Shown here piece by piece: positions 37,406 to 47,015 of a DNA stretch of 64,000 bases. The notes below the pieces were generated by a model. That model had not been told where the DNA came from. It was given only the letters and a program-made list of their open reading frames with translations, and ran no database searches. The DNA comes from Myxococcota bacterium (GTDB lineage: Bacteria > Myxococcota > Myxococcia > Myxococcales > Myxococcaceae): NCBI GenBank assembly GCA_049322255.1, contig JBMORE010000054.1, positions 1 to 64,000 on the forward strand. Direction: 5' to 3'. Every line of letters begins with the position of its first letter. Within the stretch, counting starts at the first letter, position 1. Made by a program: the position numbers and the translations under genes.

Positions 37406-40400
37406 TCATCGCCGCCGCCGCCCGCGCCACGTCGCCAGTGCCCCCGCCAAAAGTCCCAAGAGCGAAGGGCCGAGCGCGGTGCCCGAGCAGCCTCCGGCCG
37501 GCACGAAGTCGGGGCGAACTTTGATCGACAGCCCGCGCACATCCTGCCGCCCTGCCCCGTCGGTCACCCGCACCAGGAAACTGAAGACGACCGGGCCCGC
37601 CTTGCCGTCTTTGCCCACGGCTGCGGGTGGAGCGGTGGGCACGCCGGAGAGCTGCCCCTGAGGGTCGAGAGTGAGCCCACCGGGCAGAGACTGGGTGAGG
37701 TCGACCGCGGCGCAGCCAAAGTCCGTCAGGTTGGGGTCGGCCTGCTTGACGCAAGGCACGGTGAACACCGCGTCGGTGACGGCGGCGCCGCCGTTGTGCG
37801 ACAGCCGCGCAGCATAGGGCTGGCCGACGAACGCATCGGGCAGCGCAGTGGTGGTGATGGCCAGCGCCTCCTCGTAGGAGACGTGGAGCGGCAGCGTGGT
37901 GATGTCCTCGGTGCCGGTGGCATCTTGCACGCGCAAGGTGACCGCGTACAGCCCGGCGCGGGTGGGCACGCCCCGCAAGAGGTCCTGCCCGGAGGCATCC
38001 TCCTCGATGGCCAACCCGAACGAAGGAGGCAAGCCCGTCTCGGCAGGCCCGGGCGCCTCGGTGGGGTTTTCGGCCAGCCGTTGGAACTTCACCACCGACC
38101 AGTCGTAGGGCGGCCTTCCGCTCAGCGCCTGCAGGGCCTGGCTGTAGTCTTTGTTCAGGTAGGCGGTGGCCAAGCGGGTGGTGGCGATCTGCATGCGGCC
38201 GGGAGTCACCACGCGAATGCGCAGGTCCTTCGCCGCCTGGGTACCGGCCTCATCGGTCAGCTCGACCCGGAAGGGGATCTCCCCCGACTCGCCCGGCCGG
38301 CCTTCGACGGTGCCGTCACTGGAGAGCGCCAAGCCCACCGGCAGCCGCGAATCGGCGGCCAGGCGCCACACGTAGGGCGGCTTTCCTCCCACGGCCACCA
38401 GCGTCGCGGTGTAGCTGCGCGAGAACTCGGCGGTGGGGAGCTCCTGGTCGACGATCGCCAACGGCAGCTTCGCCGGCGTCACCGTGAGCGAGAACTGGGC
38501 AGTGGCGGTGTCGGCGGCGCTCGTCACCTTCACTTCGAAGCCGTAGCTACCCGCCTCACTGGGGGTGCCGGTGAGCGTGCCGTTGGCCCCGAGAAGGAGC
38601 CCCGGCGGCAGCGCACCCGCGTTGAGCGCCCAGGCGTAGGTGCCGTTGCCTCCGGCAGCCTGCAGCGTCAGCCCGTAGGGGGCGAACTGAGTGGCCCCGG
38701 GAATCGACTGAGTGATGATCGCCAACGCCCCGGTGCTCACCACCACTCCTCCGGTGGCGGTGACACAGTTGTTGACCTCGCTGATCTCCTGCACGGTAGA
38801 CACCGGGTTACCCGCCGGATCGTGATCGACACACACGCCCAACCAGAACCGGCCGGCGGTGAGGTCGTTGGGAAGGGCGACCGAGTCTGTCTGGGTATCG
38901 GAGGCGTTGGCCGCCAGCCCCGCCACCGTTCCGGTGAAGAGCGCCCGATCGGAGACCGTCACCACCGAGTTGTCCGAGAGGAACACCGTGTACTTGAACG
39001 GCGCGCTCACCGCGGCGCTCCCGGCGTTGGTGAGCACCCGCGGCACGGCGATGGTCTGCCCAGGCACCGCCTGGGTGGGCCCGGAGATGGAGCTCACCGC
39101 CAAATCGGGCGTGGGCGGCGCCACGGTGAACTGTCTGGGGGCGAACGAGTTGTTGTTCTCGTCGAGCTCAGCCCAAAGCCCGTCGGGGTCGGCGCGGGCG
39201 AGGAGGAAATAGCTGCCCGGAGCGGTGGAGGGCGGAATCGGACCGCTGGCGCTGACCAACTGCTCGCCTCCCGGCCCCACGTCGATCGGCGTTGAGTCTC
39301 CCAGCACCGGGTCGCCCGCCTCCCAGGTGTTGTTGACCGAGAGGTAGAAACGCACGGTGGCGCCAGTGGCGGTGCGCCCGCCCACGTTCTTGAGGGTGGC
39401 GCTGGCGCGATAGGTAGCGCCCGCATAGCCGATGGAGTCGCCCGAGAGCGACGAGACCGTCAAATCTGCCGGGAGCACGAGATCGATCGCCTGATTCACC
39501 GGGAAGCTGGAGATCGCGCAGGCGCCCGAGCTGGGGGTGGTGCAAGTGAGCGCCGCGACCCCGGTGCCCGCCACTTTCTGTACCCCAACCGAGGCCGACG
39601 CCGAGCTCGGAGCGGTAGGCCCGTAGTTGAAGCGGATCTTCCCGTCGGCCTCGAAGAGGGTGATTTGAAAGCTGAACTTGGTGGTCGACCCATAGTAGAC
39701 GACGTCCCGCCACTCGAAGGTCACCGCGCGATTGGGGGCGGCTCCGGTGACTTTGTAGGAGATGCAGGTCTGCCCCGCGGCGCAACGTGTGCCGGCGGTG
39801 TCATCGAGATCATCCCACCAGGCGGCGATGAACGAGGTGGGCCCGGTGGTCGACGAGCTGGGAATGCCCGCGTTGATCCATTCAGTCGGGTCGCCGGCGA
39901 ACACCAGAAAGCCCAGCGCCGACACGGTGACCGAGGTGTGCATTTGGTCGTAGAATTTCACCGGGAAGGGCAACGTCACGGCCTGGCCGGAGAAGGGGTT
40001 GACGGCGCTCAGGTTGGTGCCCCCGGAGATCGGCTGCCACGCGGAGGCGACCGGCCCTTGAACCTGGTAGGTCAGTTGGGCCGATGCGGTGAAGGGCAAC
40101 AGCCCCAGCACGACGGCGGCGATCGCCTGGGCCGGCACCTTCCGCCGGCGCAAGAGCCAGAGCATCGGCATCAGCAAGAGCCACCACAGCCAGCCTCCCT
40201 TGCCGGGAGCCGTAGCGCAGCCTCCCCTGGGCGGGCTTTCCACCACCTCGAGGGTGAAAGCGCCCAGCCCGGTCGCGCCTGCACCATCGCTGGCCTCGAC
40301 CACGAAGTTGTACACTCCAACCACTCCGTCTTCGTCGGCCACCGCACCGGAGACGTTGCCTTGCTCATCCAGCGTCAGGCCCTTGGGGAGAGGCCCTGCG

Positions 40401-43400
40401 TACAGCTTGAAGCGAGGCGAGGCGGCGCCCACGGCGGCGATGGCGAAGCTCACCTCGTCGCCTGGGTGCAGGGCGGCGGGCGGGTTGACGGCGGCGAGAC
40501 GGAAGCGCACGGGGAACACGCGCAAGAGGAAGTCGGCCACGTCGATACGGCCCTTGCTGTCCTCCACCTGCAAGCTGAACGAGTAGGTCCCCGCCACCAA
40601 CGGCTTGCCTTGGAGGATGCCGCGCTCGTCGTCTTGGGTGACCAATTCCAGCCCGTCGGGGAGCGTCCCCGCCGCCACCGTCCACACGAGCGGTTTGGCC
40701 AGGGGGCTGCCGTCGGCGTTCTGCGCCTGCAGGTCGGAGAGGTAGTCGGAATTCACCAGGGAATCGGGCACCGCGAGGGTGCGGATGACGAGCGCGCTCG
40801 GCTCCACCACGCGAACCTTGAGCTCTTTTTGGCCGACGCTGCCCACACCGTCTTGCACCTGGAAGACGACCCGGGTCTCACCCACGGCCACGCCCGCGCG
40901 CACCGCGCCAACGAAGACTCCCTCGGCGTCCATGGTGATTCCGTTGGGGAGCGCGCCGGAAACCACGCTCCAGACGTAGGGTTTCACTCCGCCTGCTGCG
41001 CCCAGCGAGGCCTGGTAGGGAACCGTGGGGCTGTTGATGACCGGGGGCAGCGAAGCGGTGGTGATTTCCAGCTGGGTGGTGGTGGGCAGAACCCGAATGA
41101 CCAACCGCGCCGCCGCCGAGGTGGCACCAGCGGTGACCACCGCGGTGAAGGCGCTGACCGATGCCGCCGTCGGTGTGCCCGACACCAGCCCGTCGTTGCT
41201 CATGGTCAGCCCCGCGGGCAACGAGCCGGTTGCCGTGTCCACCGACCAAGCGAGGGGGCCCTGCGCGCCTGCAGCCACCAGCCGGAAGCTGTAGGGCCGG
41301 TCGATGACCCCGTCGGGGAGCTGCTGAGTGGTGATGCGCAGCGACGACGGCGCCACCTGCACCGTGGAGATCGACGCCCCTCCGTTGTTCGTCTCGTCCA
41401 ACTCGGCAGCGGCGTTGCCCGAGTCGACGATGGCTCCGATGTAGTAGGTGCCCGGAGGCATGGTGGGCGGCAGCTTCACCAGCTCGGTGGTGGTGCTCTC
41501 GGCGCCGACCGCCAACGTCACCGTGCCGGACTCGGAAGTGGAGCCGTTGGCGCCGACGATCGCCAGCGGAACGTCATCGGGGGTGATGATGTCGTTTGCC
41601 GAAGCGTAAAAGCGGTACGCCACCGCCTCGCCGTCGACGTTGCCGATGTTCTTGAACGTACGGAACACCGGCATCGCCTCACCCACCGCGCCGCTGGAAG
41701 GAGCCTCCACGCGCGTCACCGTGTAGTCCTGCGCAGGAGCGCGCAGGAGGACCGGCCCCAACGAGAGGCTGTTGTTGCTCTCCGAAAGCTCGGCCACCTC
41801 GCCAAAGCTGTCGAGGATGGCGAAGAGGTAGTAGTTGCCAGTAACGAAGTCCTTGTTCGTCCGGTCCTTGAGCGGGACGGTGTAGCTGAAGGTCACGGTG
41901 GTGGCACCGCCCGCCGCCACCTGCGCCACCGGCTCGTCGTGAGCGATGGTGTCGGAGAGCAGCGAGAGGTTGTTGTCGGCCGAAATCGCCACCCCGATGC
42001 GGAAGTTGTTGGCGGTGGCGCCGCCGATGTTGCGGAAGGTGACACTCAGGCGGCCCACTTGGCCGAAGTGGCCGACCCGCGTCGGTGCCCCGGTCACCGG
42101 ATCGAGCACGTCCACCAGCTCGATCTCCAGATCGGCCTGCTGCATCGTCACCTGCGCCGCCGAGACGGCCACGTTGTTGGTCTCGCTCGCCTCGGTGACC
42201 GACCCGGCGGAATCCACCTGGAGCAGGTAGTAAAGCGTCCCCCCGAGCACGTTCTGCGGCACGGTGAAGGTGACGTTCTCATCGAAGGTTTGCCCGCCGG
42301 TGACTGCACGGGTGGCGCCGTAGAGGACGTAGTCAGAGGTCTCGAGGGTGTTGTTGCTCGACAACCAAATCTTGAATTCCACCGGGCCGCTGGGTGCGCT
42401 GGTGCCCTGGTTGAACCATTTGACGTTGACGGTGATGTTGCTCCCCGGCCCGGAGAGCGCCGGACCGGAGACGCTGGTCGCCACCAGGTCGACGCCCTGG
42501 GTGAAATAGTTGGCGGTGCTGCCCACGTTGTTCGACTCCGAGGCCTCGGTGACCACGTTGGTGTGGTCGGCCTGCACCAACACGTAGTACTGGCCGGGCG
42601 GAGGCAGCGGCGTGGAGGCGTTGCCCGAAGCGCTCGCAGTCGATGTCGCCGCCACGCTGACCGGAGTGGTGGCGGTGAACGCCAGCACGTCTGCGCCGTC
42701 GAGCACCCGGTCGGTCGACAGATAGGCGCGCCAGAGGAAGTTGTTCGCCGGGTTCTGCCCGAAGTTACGGAACACCGGCGAGACGGTGAAGGTGAGCGAA
42801 CTTCCGCTCACCATGTTCGACAGCCCCACCGAGTCGAGAGCGAGGTCGGGCTGCACCGGCTGACCGATGGTGATGATCTGGTTGGTCGGCCAGGAGCCCT
42901 GACCGCACGTGGGCGAACAGCTCAACACCGCCGCGCCCTGAGAGCCGGTCTGATTCTCGAACCCCACTGCCGCCGCCGGAGTACCACCGGTGTGCGTGCC
43001 GTAGTGGAATTGGATGAGGCCGGAGCTGGTGAGCTTGACCTGGAAGCTCATCGATGAGCTGGACGTGACGAAGTAGCTCCAGTCGAACCACTCGATCACC
43101 AGCTCCCCCGCCGTAGGCGCGGCCCAACGTACCTGGGCTGTGGTTTTCAAGCCTTCCAGATCTTCCCACCAGGGAGCCACCACCGAGTGGAACACACCCG
43201 ACGTGCTGGGGAGAGAACGATTGGAGAAACAGAAGCTCGTGCAAGCCGAGGGCGGAAGGGTGATGAAGCCGTTCGCATGAATGGTCACCGAGTTGTACGT
43301 CTGGCCGTAGAACGGAAAATTGAACGGCAGGGCGATGGTGGCGCTCCCCTCGTCCGGGTCGGAAAGGGTGACGTTGGTGCCGCCCGTCAGAGGCACGTAG

Positions 43401-43504
43401 GCCTGTGCCGTGGGCGAGGAAACCGTATACACCTGCGCTTGCGCGAGCCCGCCCCATACCGCCGCCGCCAGGAGGGTCGCTCCGAGGAGCTTCGTGCCGT
43501 TCAT
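37406..43504 (-). CDS. Giant surface protein: two NIDO-like + CARDB + putative-Ig modules, internal and terminal MYXO-CTERM-like tags
   Basis: Start MNGTKLLG (signal AQA/Q); CARDB DL....E.NN units; Ig units LP.G..L...G..SG.P; internal GGC-TM-RRRK-TM-ASA/Q; terminal GGC-TM-RRRR. Confidence 0.85.
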   Translation of the reverse strand: MNGTKLLGATLLAAAVWGGLAQAQVYTVSSPTAQAYVPLTGGTNVTLSDPDEGSATIALPFNFPFYGQTYNSVTIHANGFITLPPSACTSFCFSNRSLPSTSGVFHSVVAPWWEDLEGLKTTAQVRWAAPTAGELVIEWFDWSYFVTSSSSMSFQVKLTSSGLIQFHYGTHTGGTPAAAVGFENQTGSQGAAVLSCSPTCGQGSWPTNQIITIGQPVQPDLALDSVGLSNMVSGSSLTFTVSPVFRNFGQNPANNFLWRAYLSTDRVLDGADVLAFTATTPVSVAATSTASASGNASTPLPPPGQYYVLVQADHTNVVTEASESNNVGSTANYFTQGVDLVATSVSGPALSGPGSNITVNVKWFNQGTSAPSGPVEFKIWLSSNNTLETSDYVLYGATRAVTGGQTFDENVTFTVPQNVLGGTLYYLLQVDSAGSVTEASETNNVAVSAAQVTMQQADLEIELVDVLDPVTGAPTRVGHFGQVGRLSVTFRNIGGATANNFRIGVAISADNNLSLLSDTIAHDEPVAQVAAGGATTVTFSYTVPLKDRTNKDFVTGNYYLFAILDSFGEVAELSESNNSLSLGPVLLRAPAQDYTVTRVEAPSSGAVGEAMPVFRTFKNIGNVDGEAVAYRFYASANDIITPDDVPLAIVGANGSTSESGTVTLAVGAESTTTELVKLPPTMPPGTYYIGAIVDSGNAAAELDETNNGGASISTVQVAPSSLRITTQQLPDGVIDRPYSFRLVAAGAQGPLAWSVDTATGSLPAGLTMSNDGLVSGTPTAASVSAFTAVVTAGATSAAARLVIRVLPTTTQLEITTASLPPVINSPTVPYQASLGAAGGVKPYVWSVVSGALPNGITMDAEGVFVGAVRAGVAVGETRVVFQVQDGVGSVGQKELKVRVVEPSALVIRTLAVPDSLVNSDYLSDLQAQNADGSPLAKPLVWTVAAGTLPDGLELVTQDDERGILQGKPLVAGTYSFSLQVEDSKGRIDVADFLLRVFPVRFRLAAVNPPAALHPGDEVSFAIAAVGAASPRFKLYAGPLPKGLTLDEQGNVSGAVADEDGVVGVYNFVVEASDGAGATGLGAFTLEVVESPPRGGCATAPGKGGWLWWLLLMPMLWLLRRRKVPAQAIAAVVLGLLPFTASAQLTYQVQGPVASAWQPISGGTNLSAVNPFSGQAVTLPFPVKFYDQMHTSVTVSALGFLVFAGDPTEWINAGIPSSSTTGPTSFIAAWWDDLDDTAGTRCAAGQTCISYKVTGAAPNRAVTFEWRDVVYYGSTTKFSFQITLFEADGKIRFNYGPTAPSSASASVGVQKVAGTGVAALTCTTPSSGACAISSFPVNQAIDLVLPADLTVSSLSGDSIGYAGATYRASATLKNVGGRTATGATVRFYLSVNNTWEAGDPVLGDSTPIDVGPGGEQLVSASGPIPPSTAPGSYFLLARADPDGLWAELDENNNSFAPRQFTVAPPTPDLAVSSISGPTQAVPGQTIAVPRVLTNAGSAAVSAPFKYTVFLSDNSVVTVSDRALFTGTVAGLAANASDTQTDSVALPNDLTAGRFWLGVCVDHDPAGNPVSTVQEISEVNNCVTATGGVVVSTGALAIITQSIPGATQFAPYGLTLQAAGGNGTYAWALNAGALPPGLLLGANGTLTGTPSEAGSYGFEVKVTSAADTATAQFSLTVTPAKLPLAIVDQELPTAEFSRSYTATLVAVGGKPPYVWRLAADSRLPVGLALSSDGTVEGRPGESGEIPFRVELTDEAGTQAAKDLRIRVVTPGRMQIATTRLATAYLNKDYSQALQALSGRPPYDWSVVKFQRLAENPTEAPGPAETGLPPSFGLAIEEDASGQDLLRGVPTRAGLYAVTLRVQDATGTEDITTLPLHVSYEEALAITTTALPDAFVGQPYAARLSHNGGAAVTDAVFTVPCVKQADPNLTDFGCAAVDLTQSLPGGLTLDPQGQLSGVPTAPPAAVGKDGKAGPVVFSFLVRVTDGAGRQDVRGLSIKVRPDFVPAGGCSGTALGPSLLGLLAGALATWRGRRRR

Positions 43505-43591
43505 CTGTCTTCTCTCTTCTGCTTTTTCAAGAACTGGCACTTAGGGGGCACCGTCCTACCCCCAAGCACCACGAGGTCCATGAGGTGAGCG

Positions 43592-46500
43592 TCAGTAGCA
43601 GCTCACGTAATACGTGATGGTCAACGTGTCGCCCGGCTCGGGGACGAACATCGGCTCGAAGTTCACCGAGTTCGCTACGGAGTCGTACGTCCACACCGCC
43701 TGTCCGCGCGAGTCGACCTGCGGCATGTCGACACCGTTGATCTTCACCACGATCACCTTGCCGCCGGTCAGGTCGGGCACCGCGTTCAAGAAGAAGTTGG
43801 TGCGGAAGCCAAAGGCGGTCTTGCCCAGCTGCTCGAGCGACTTCGACCAGTCAGGGGTGCAGATGCTCTCCTTCACTCCGTTGGTCTGGGTGACCATCGA
43901 GGCGTAGCGGCCGTCGTCGGCGTAGGCGTTGCAGCCCGAGGGTGCCGAAGTGAAGAAGCCGGCGATCGCATTGACGGTGAACATGTTCGCCCGCTTGATG
44001 CCCTTGATGTTCAAGAACTGGTTCAAGTAGTAGGTCACCGGCTGCGGCGACTGCTCGAGCTCGTCGGTGATGCAGACGATGGCGAGGGCGGCGTCGTTGC
44101 GCAAAAACCCGGCATTGTCCGCGGTGATGAGCGGCGCGCTGAGCGCCTTGAGCGCCGGCTCGAAGCACATCTCGCTGGCGCTCCCGTTGATGCCCAAGTT
44201 CACCTTGGCCTTGAACTTGTTCTGCACGTCCGGGGTGGTGGGAGAGAGAATCTTCTCTGGATGCGACGCCCCGGTCATCAGCTTGCCGGCGTTGGTGTAG
44301 TTGTCGGTGGCGATGACCCCGATGTGGTAGTCGACGTTGGCCGACACGGCGAACTGAATGAAGGAGGCGAAGTTGTTCGCCAGCGCCTGCTGCTCGTCGC
44401 TCATCGAGCACGAGTTGTCGATGGTCAAGAGGATGTCCGCCTTCGGCTTGGCGTCCTGGGTGAAGACGTCGGTGTTGAGGCCGATGGTGTCGCCCTTGCC
44501 CTGCAAGGTCACGATGTAGGTGACGTTCTGCCCCGCCTGCACGGCGTTGATCGCGATTGCTCCCGAGTCGGAGCCCAAATCGATGGGGGCGTACTTGGCG
44601 GTGAAGGTGGTGGGCGTGGCGCCCGGGTTCACCGTCAGCCCGCCGGTGGGAATGGCCGGGGTGGAGACGAGCATGAACTCGGGGCAAGGCAGCGCGCTGG
44701 CGCAGTTGGGCCCGCCCGCCGGCTGCCCCGCCGCCGCCTGCATGGCAAAGCTGTTGATGGTCACCGGGCTGGTGCAGGTGTTGTAGATGCTGAAGGTCTT
44801 GGTGAGCGAGTTGCAGCCGCGCTGAACGGTGCCGAAGTCGAGGTCATTGGGGGCGATGGTGAGGCACCCGTTGGCGATCGCCGAGGTGAGCGACACCAGC
44901 TTCTGCGGCTGGGTCGGCGAGGACATGAAGAACTCCACCTGCCCGGTGGCGTTGGTGATGGCCGCAGGCACCTGCCCTTGCGGCCAGGCGCGCACGGTCA
45001 CCACCATCGACTCCTGCGGCTGCAGCTCACGCGAGGCCACGGTGCCCGCGGGCAACGAGTAGACGGGGTCGGTCCCCGCAGCGACGTCCAGGTTCGAGAG
45101 CAGGCAGGTTTCGCCCGCGTTCTGCCCCAGGTTCTTGATGGTGAAGGTGAGGTCGCGGTAGCTGGGCGGGGTCACCAACCCGAAGTTGAGCGCGGTGGGA
45201 GAGACCGAGTAGTTGCAGGGCGGCAGGAGCACCGCGTCGGCGGTGACGGTGATCTTCACTGCGGCCTCGTCGGGGTCATTGGAGTAGATGGTCACCTCCC
45301 ACTGCTTGGAGATGCCCGCCTGGGTGGCGTTGCTCGGAGTCACTTTCACCACCAGGTCGACCAGGTTCTTACCCGCCGAGGCCTCCAGCCCCAGGCTGGG
45401 GTTGTAGGAGTTGGCGCCGCTGACCGGCAGGGGGAGGATTTCAATCTCGCTCGGCGCTGAGTCGCTGTTGAGGGGGACGATGTCCCAGTAGTTGCCGCCC
45501 GCTCCGTTGGGCAAGAGCTTCAAATTCGCGTTGGGGTCGGGGATGGCCGGCCGGGTGCCCACGTTCATCACCGTCAGCTTGCGCGTCTGGAAGGAGCTCG
45601 CACCGCTGAAGTAGGCCACCTTGCCGAAGTTCAACGTCGGCGAAGGAACGACGTTGATGTCCGGACCGCCGCCGAAGCCTTTGAGCCCCACCGCCCCGGT
45701 CGCCTGCCGGGCCAAGGTGGTGCTGAAGGTGAGCTGCGAGGTCCGGGGGCCGAGCACGGTGGGCTTGAACGAGAGCACCAGCTTGGCCGTGCCGCCTCGG
45801 CCTGCCACGGTGAGGGTGGTCGGATCCGCTCCGGTGGCCACGACCACCTTGAACTCCGCGGGGGCGAGAGTCTTGATCTGGCTCAGCTGCACATCCAAAA
45901 GCCCGGCGTTGGTGAAGGTCAGCTCCTGGGTGATTTCGATGCCCGGAGTGACGTAGCCGAAGTCCACCGGGTTGGGAGCCCAGGTGAGCACGCTGTCGAC
46001 GCCCACACCCTTCACGGTGATGGCGAGCTCGGGGCACTGCTCCGCAGCACGGGCCTTGAAGAAGGCCAGGTACGAGCGGGACTCGGTGGGAGAAAAGCCG
46101 ATCACCACCTTCTTCTCCGTGTTGGGGGCGATGCTCACGGTGCCCTTGGCCGACTCGGGCTCGAAGGCGAACGAGAGCGCATCGCCGCCGTAAATCTCCC
46201 CCACGGAGGCGGTCGCGGGCAGCTGGGTGGGGTTCTTGAGAGGAAACTCCTGCTTCAAGGTGTCGCCCTTGGCCACGCTGCCGAAGTCGATGACCTTGGG
46301 CAACTCGCACACGCCGCTGACCGCCTTGCCCTTCAGGGTGATGATGGCAGTGTCCTTGCCCGCTTCGGCGTTGGCCGCGCGCAGCACGAGGGTCACCGAG
46401 TGGTCGACGATCTTCTCGACGTCGTTCTGCGGCGCGCGGAAGGTCATCTCGAACTCGACCACCTCGGCAGGGCCGACCGGCGAGGGAGAGAATTGAATGT

Positions 46501-46813
46501 CGAAAACCGGCGCCGGCTCGACGACGCCGCCGCTGATGGCCACCGCGTCGCCCGCCTCTTTCTCCAGCCGCTCGAGGTCGAGAGCGCCCAACCCGCCGTT
46601 GGTCACGCGCAGCTTGAGCTTTTGCTCCTGGCCCATGAACACCGAGCCGAAGTCGTAGATGGCGTCGCGATCGGTCTTGGCCACCCCGTCGACCTCGTAG
46701 ATGACCCCCAAGTCGCCGTTTCGCGTTTGGATGTCCGAATCGGGCCGGCAACGGCAACCGGAAACCACCAGGGCAAAAGCCACAGCAACGCCAGCGATTC
46801 GCGTGAAGCTCAT
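43592..46813 (-). CDS. Large lipoprotein with tandem Ig-like (choice-of-anchor D/ASH-type) domains and C-terminal VWA domain
   Basis: Start MSFTRIAG, lipobox VSG/C; repeated DFG.V..N.G units; VWA MIDAS DILLTIDNSCSM, ITDE. Confidence 0.82.
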   Translation of the reverse strand: MSFTRIAGVAVAFALVVSGCRCRPDSDIQTRNGDLGVIYEVDGVAKTDRDAIYDFGSVFMGQEQKLKLRVTNGGLGALDLERLEKEAGDAVAISGGVVEPAPVFDIQFSPSPVGPAEVVEFEMTFRAPQNDVEKIVDHSVTLVLRAANAEAGKDTAIITLKGKAVSGVCELPKVIDFGSVAKGDTLKQEFPLKNPTQLPATASVGEIYGGDALSFAFEPESAKGTVSIAPNTEKKVVIGFSPTESRSYLAFFKARAAEQCPELAITVKGVGVDSVLTWAPNPVDFGYVTPGIEITQELTFTNAGLLDVQLSQIKTLAPAEFKVVVATGADPTTLTVAGRGGTAKLVLSFKPTVLGPRTSQLTFSTTLARQATGAVGLKGFGGGPDINVVPSPTLNFGKVAYFSGASSFQTRKLTVMNVGTRPAIPDPNANLKLLPNGAGGNYWDIVPLNSDSAPSEIEILPLPVSGANSYNPSLGLEASAGKNLVDLVVKVTPSNATQAGISKQWEVTIYSNDPDEAAVKITVTADAVLLPPCNYSVSPTALNFGLVTPPSYRDLTFTIKNLGQNAGETCLLSNLDVAAGTDPVYSLPAGTVASRELQPQESMVVTVRAWPQGQVPAAITNATGQVEFFMSSPTQPQKLVSLTSAIANGCLTIAPNDLDFGTVQRGCNSLTKTFSIYNTCTSPVTINSFAMQAAAGQPAGGPNCASALPCPEFMLVSTPAIPTGGLTVNPGATPTTFTAKYAPIDLGSDSGAIAINAVQAGQNVTYIVTLQGKGDTIGLNTDVFTQDAKPKADILLTIDNSCSMSDEQQALANNFASFIQFAVSANVDYHIGVIATDNYTNAGKLMTGASHPEKILSPTTPDVQNKFKAKVNLGINGSASEMCFEPALKALSAPLITADNAGFLRNDAALAIVCITDELEQSPQPVTYYLNQFLNIKGIKRANMFTVNAIAGFFTSAPSGCNAYADDGRYASMVTQTNGVKESICTPDWSKSLEQLGKTAFGFRTNFFLNAVPDLTGGKVIVVKINGVDMPQVDSRGQAVWTYDSVANSVNFEPMFVPEPGDTLTITYYVSCY

Positions 46814-47015
46814 GTTCGTCTCCGCTCCCCTCGGCCAGCGGGGAGGCTGGGTAAAAGGCCGTGGATGGTGCCGATTTCGCACTTGGAGGTCAAGGGGCCC
46901 ACCTCGCCCTACCCCGCCCGCCAGTTCTATACCTAGGCAGATTGTCGTAGGGCGAGCGCGTCCAGTTGCCTACCCTGGCGCACATCCAGCAGTTTCAGTG
47001 GGTTGGCTAAAGGAC

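Noticed and set aside
39665..43057. 1130-aa plus-strand ORF (and similar long ORFs at 22345-24939, 52803-55094, 7797-9410)
   Set aside because: Antisense or alternative-frame shadows of real genes, expected in high-GC DNA; no motifs
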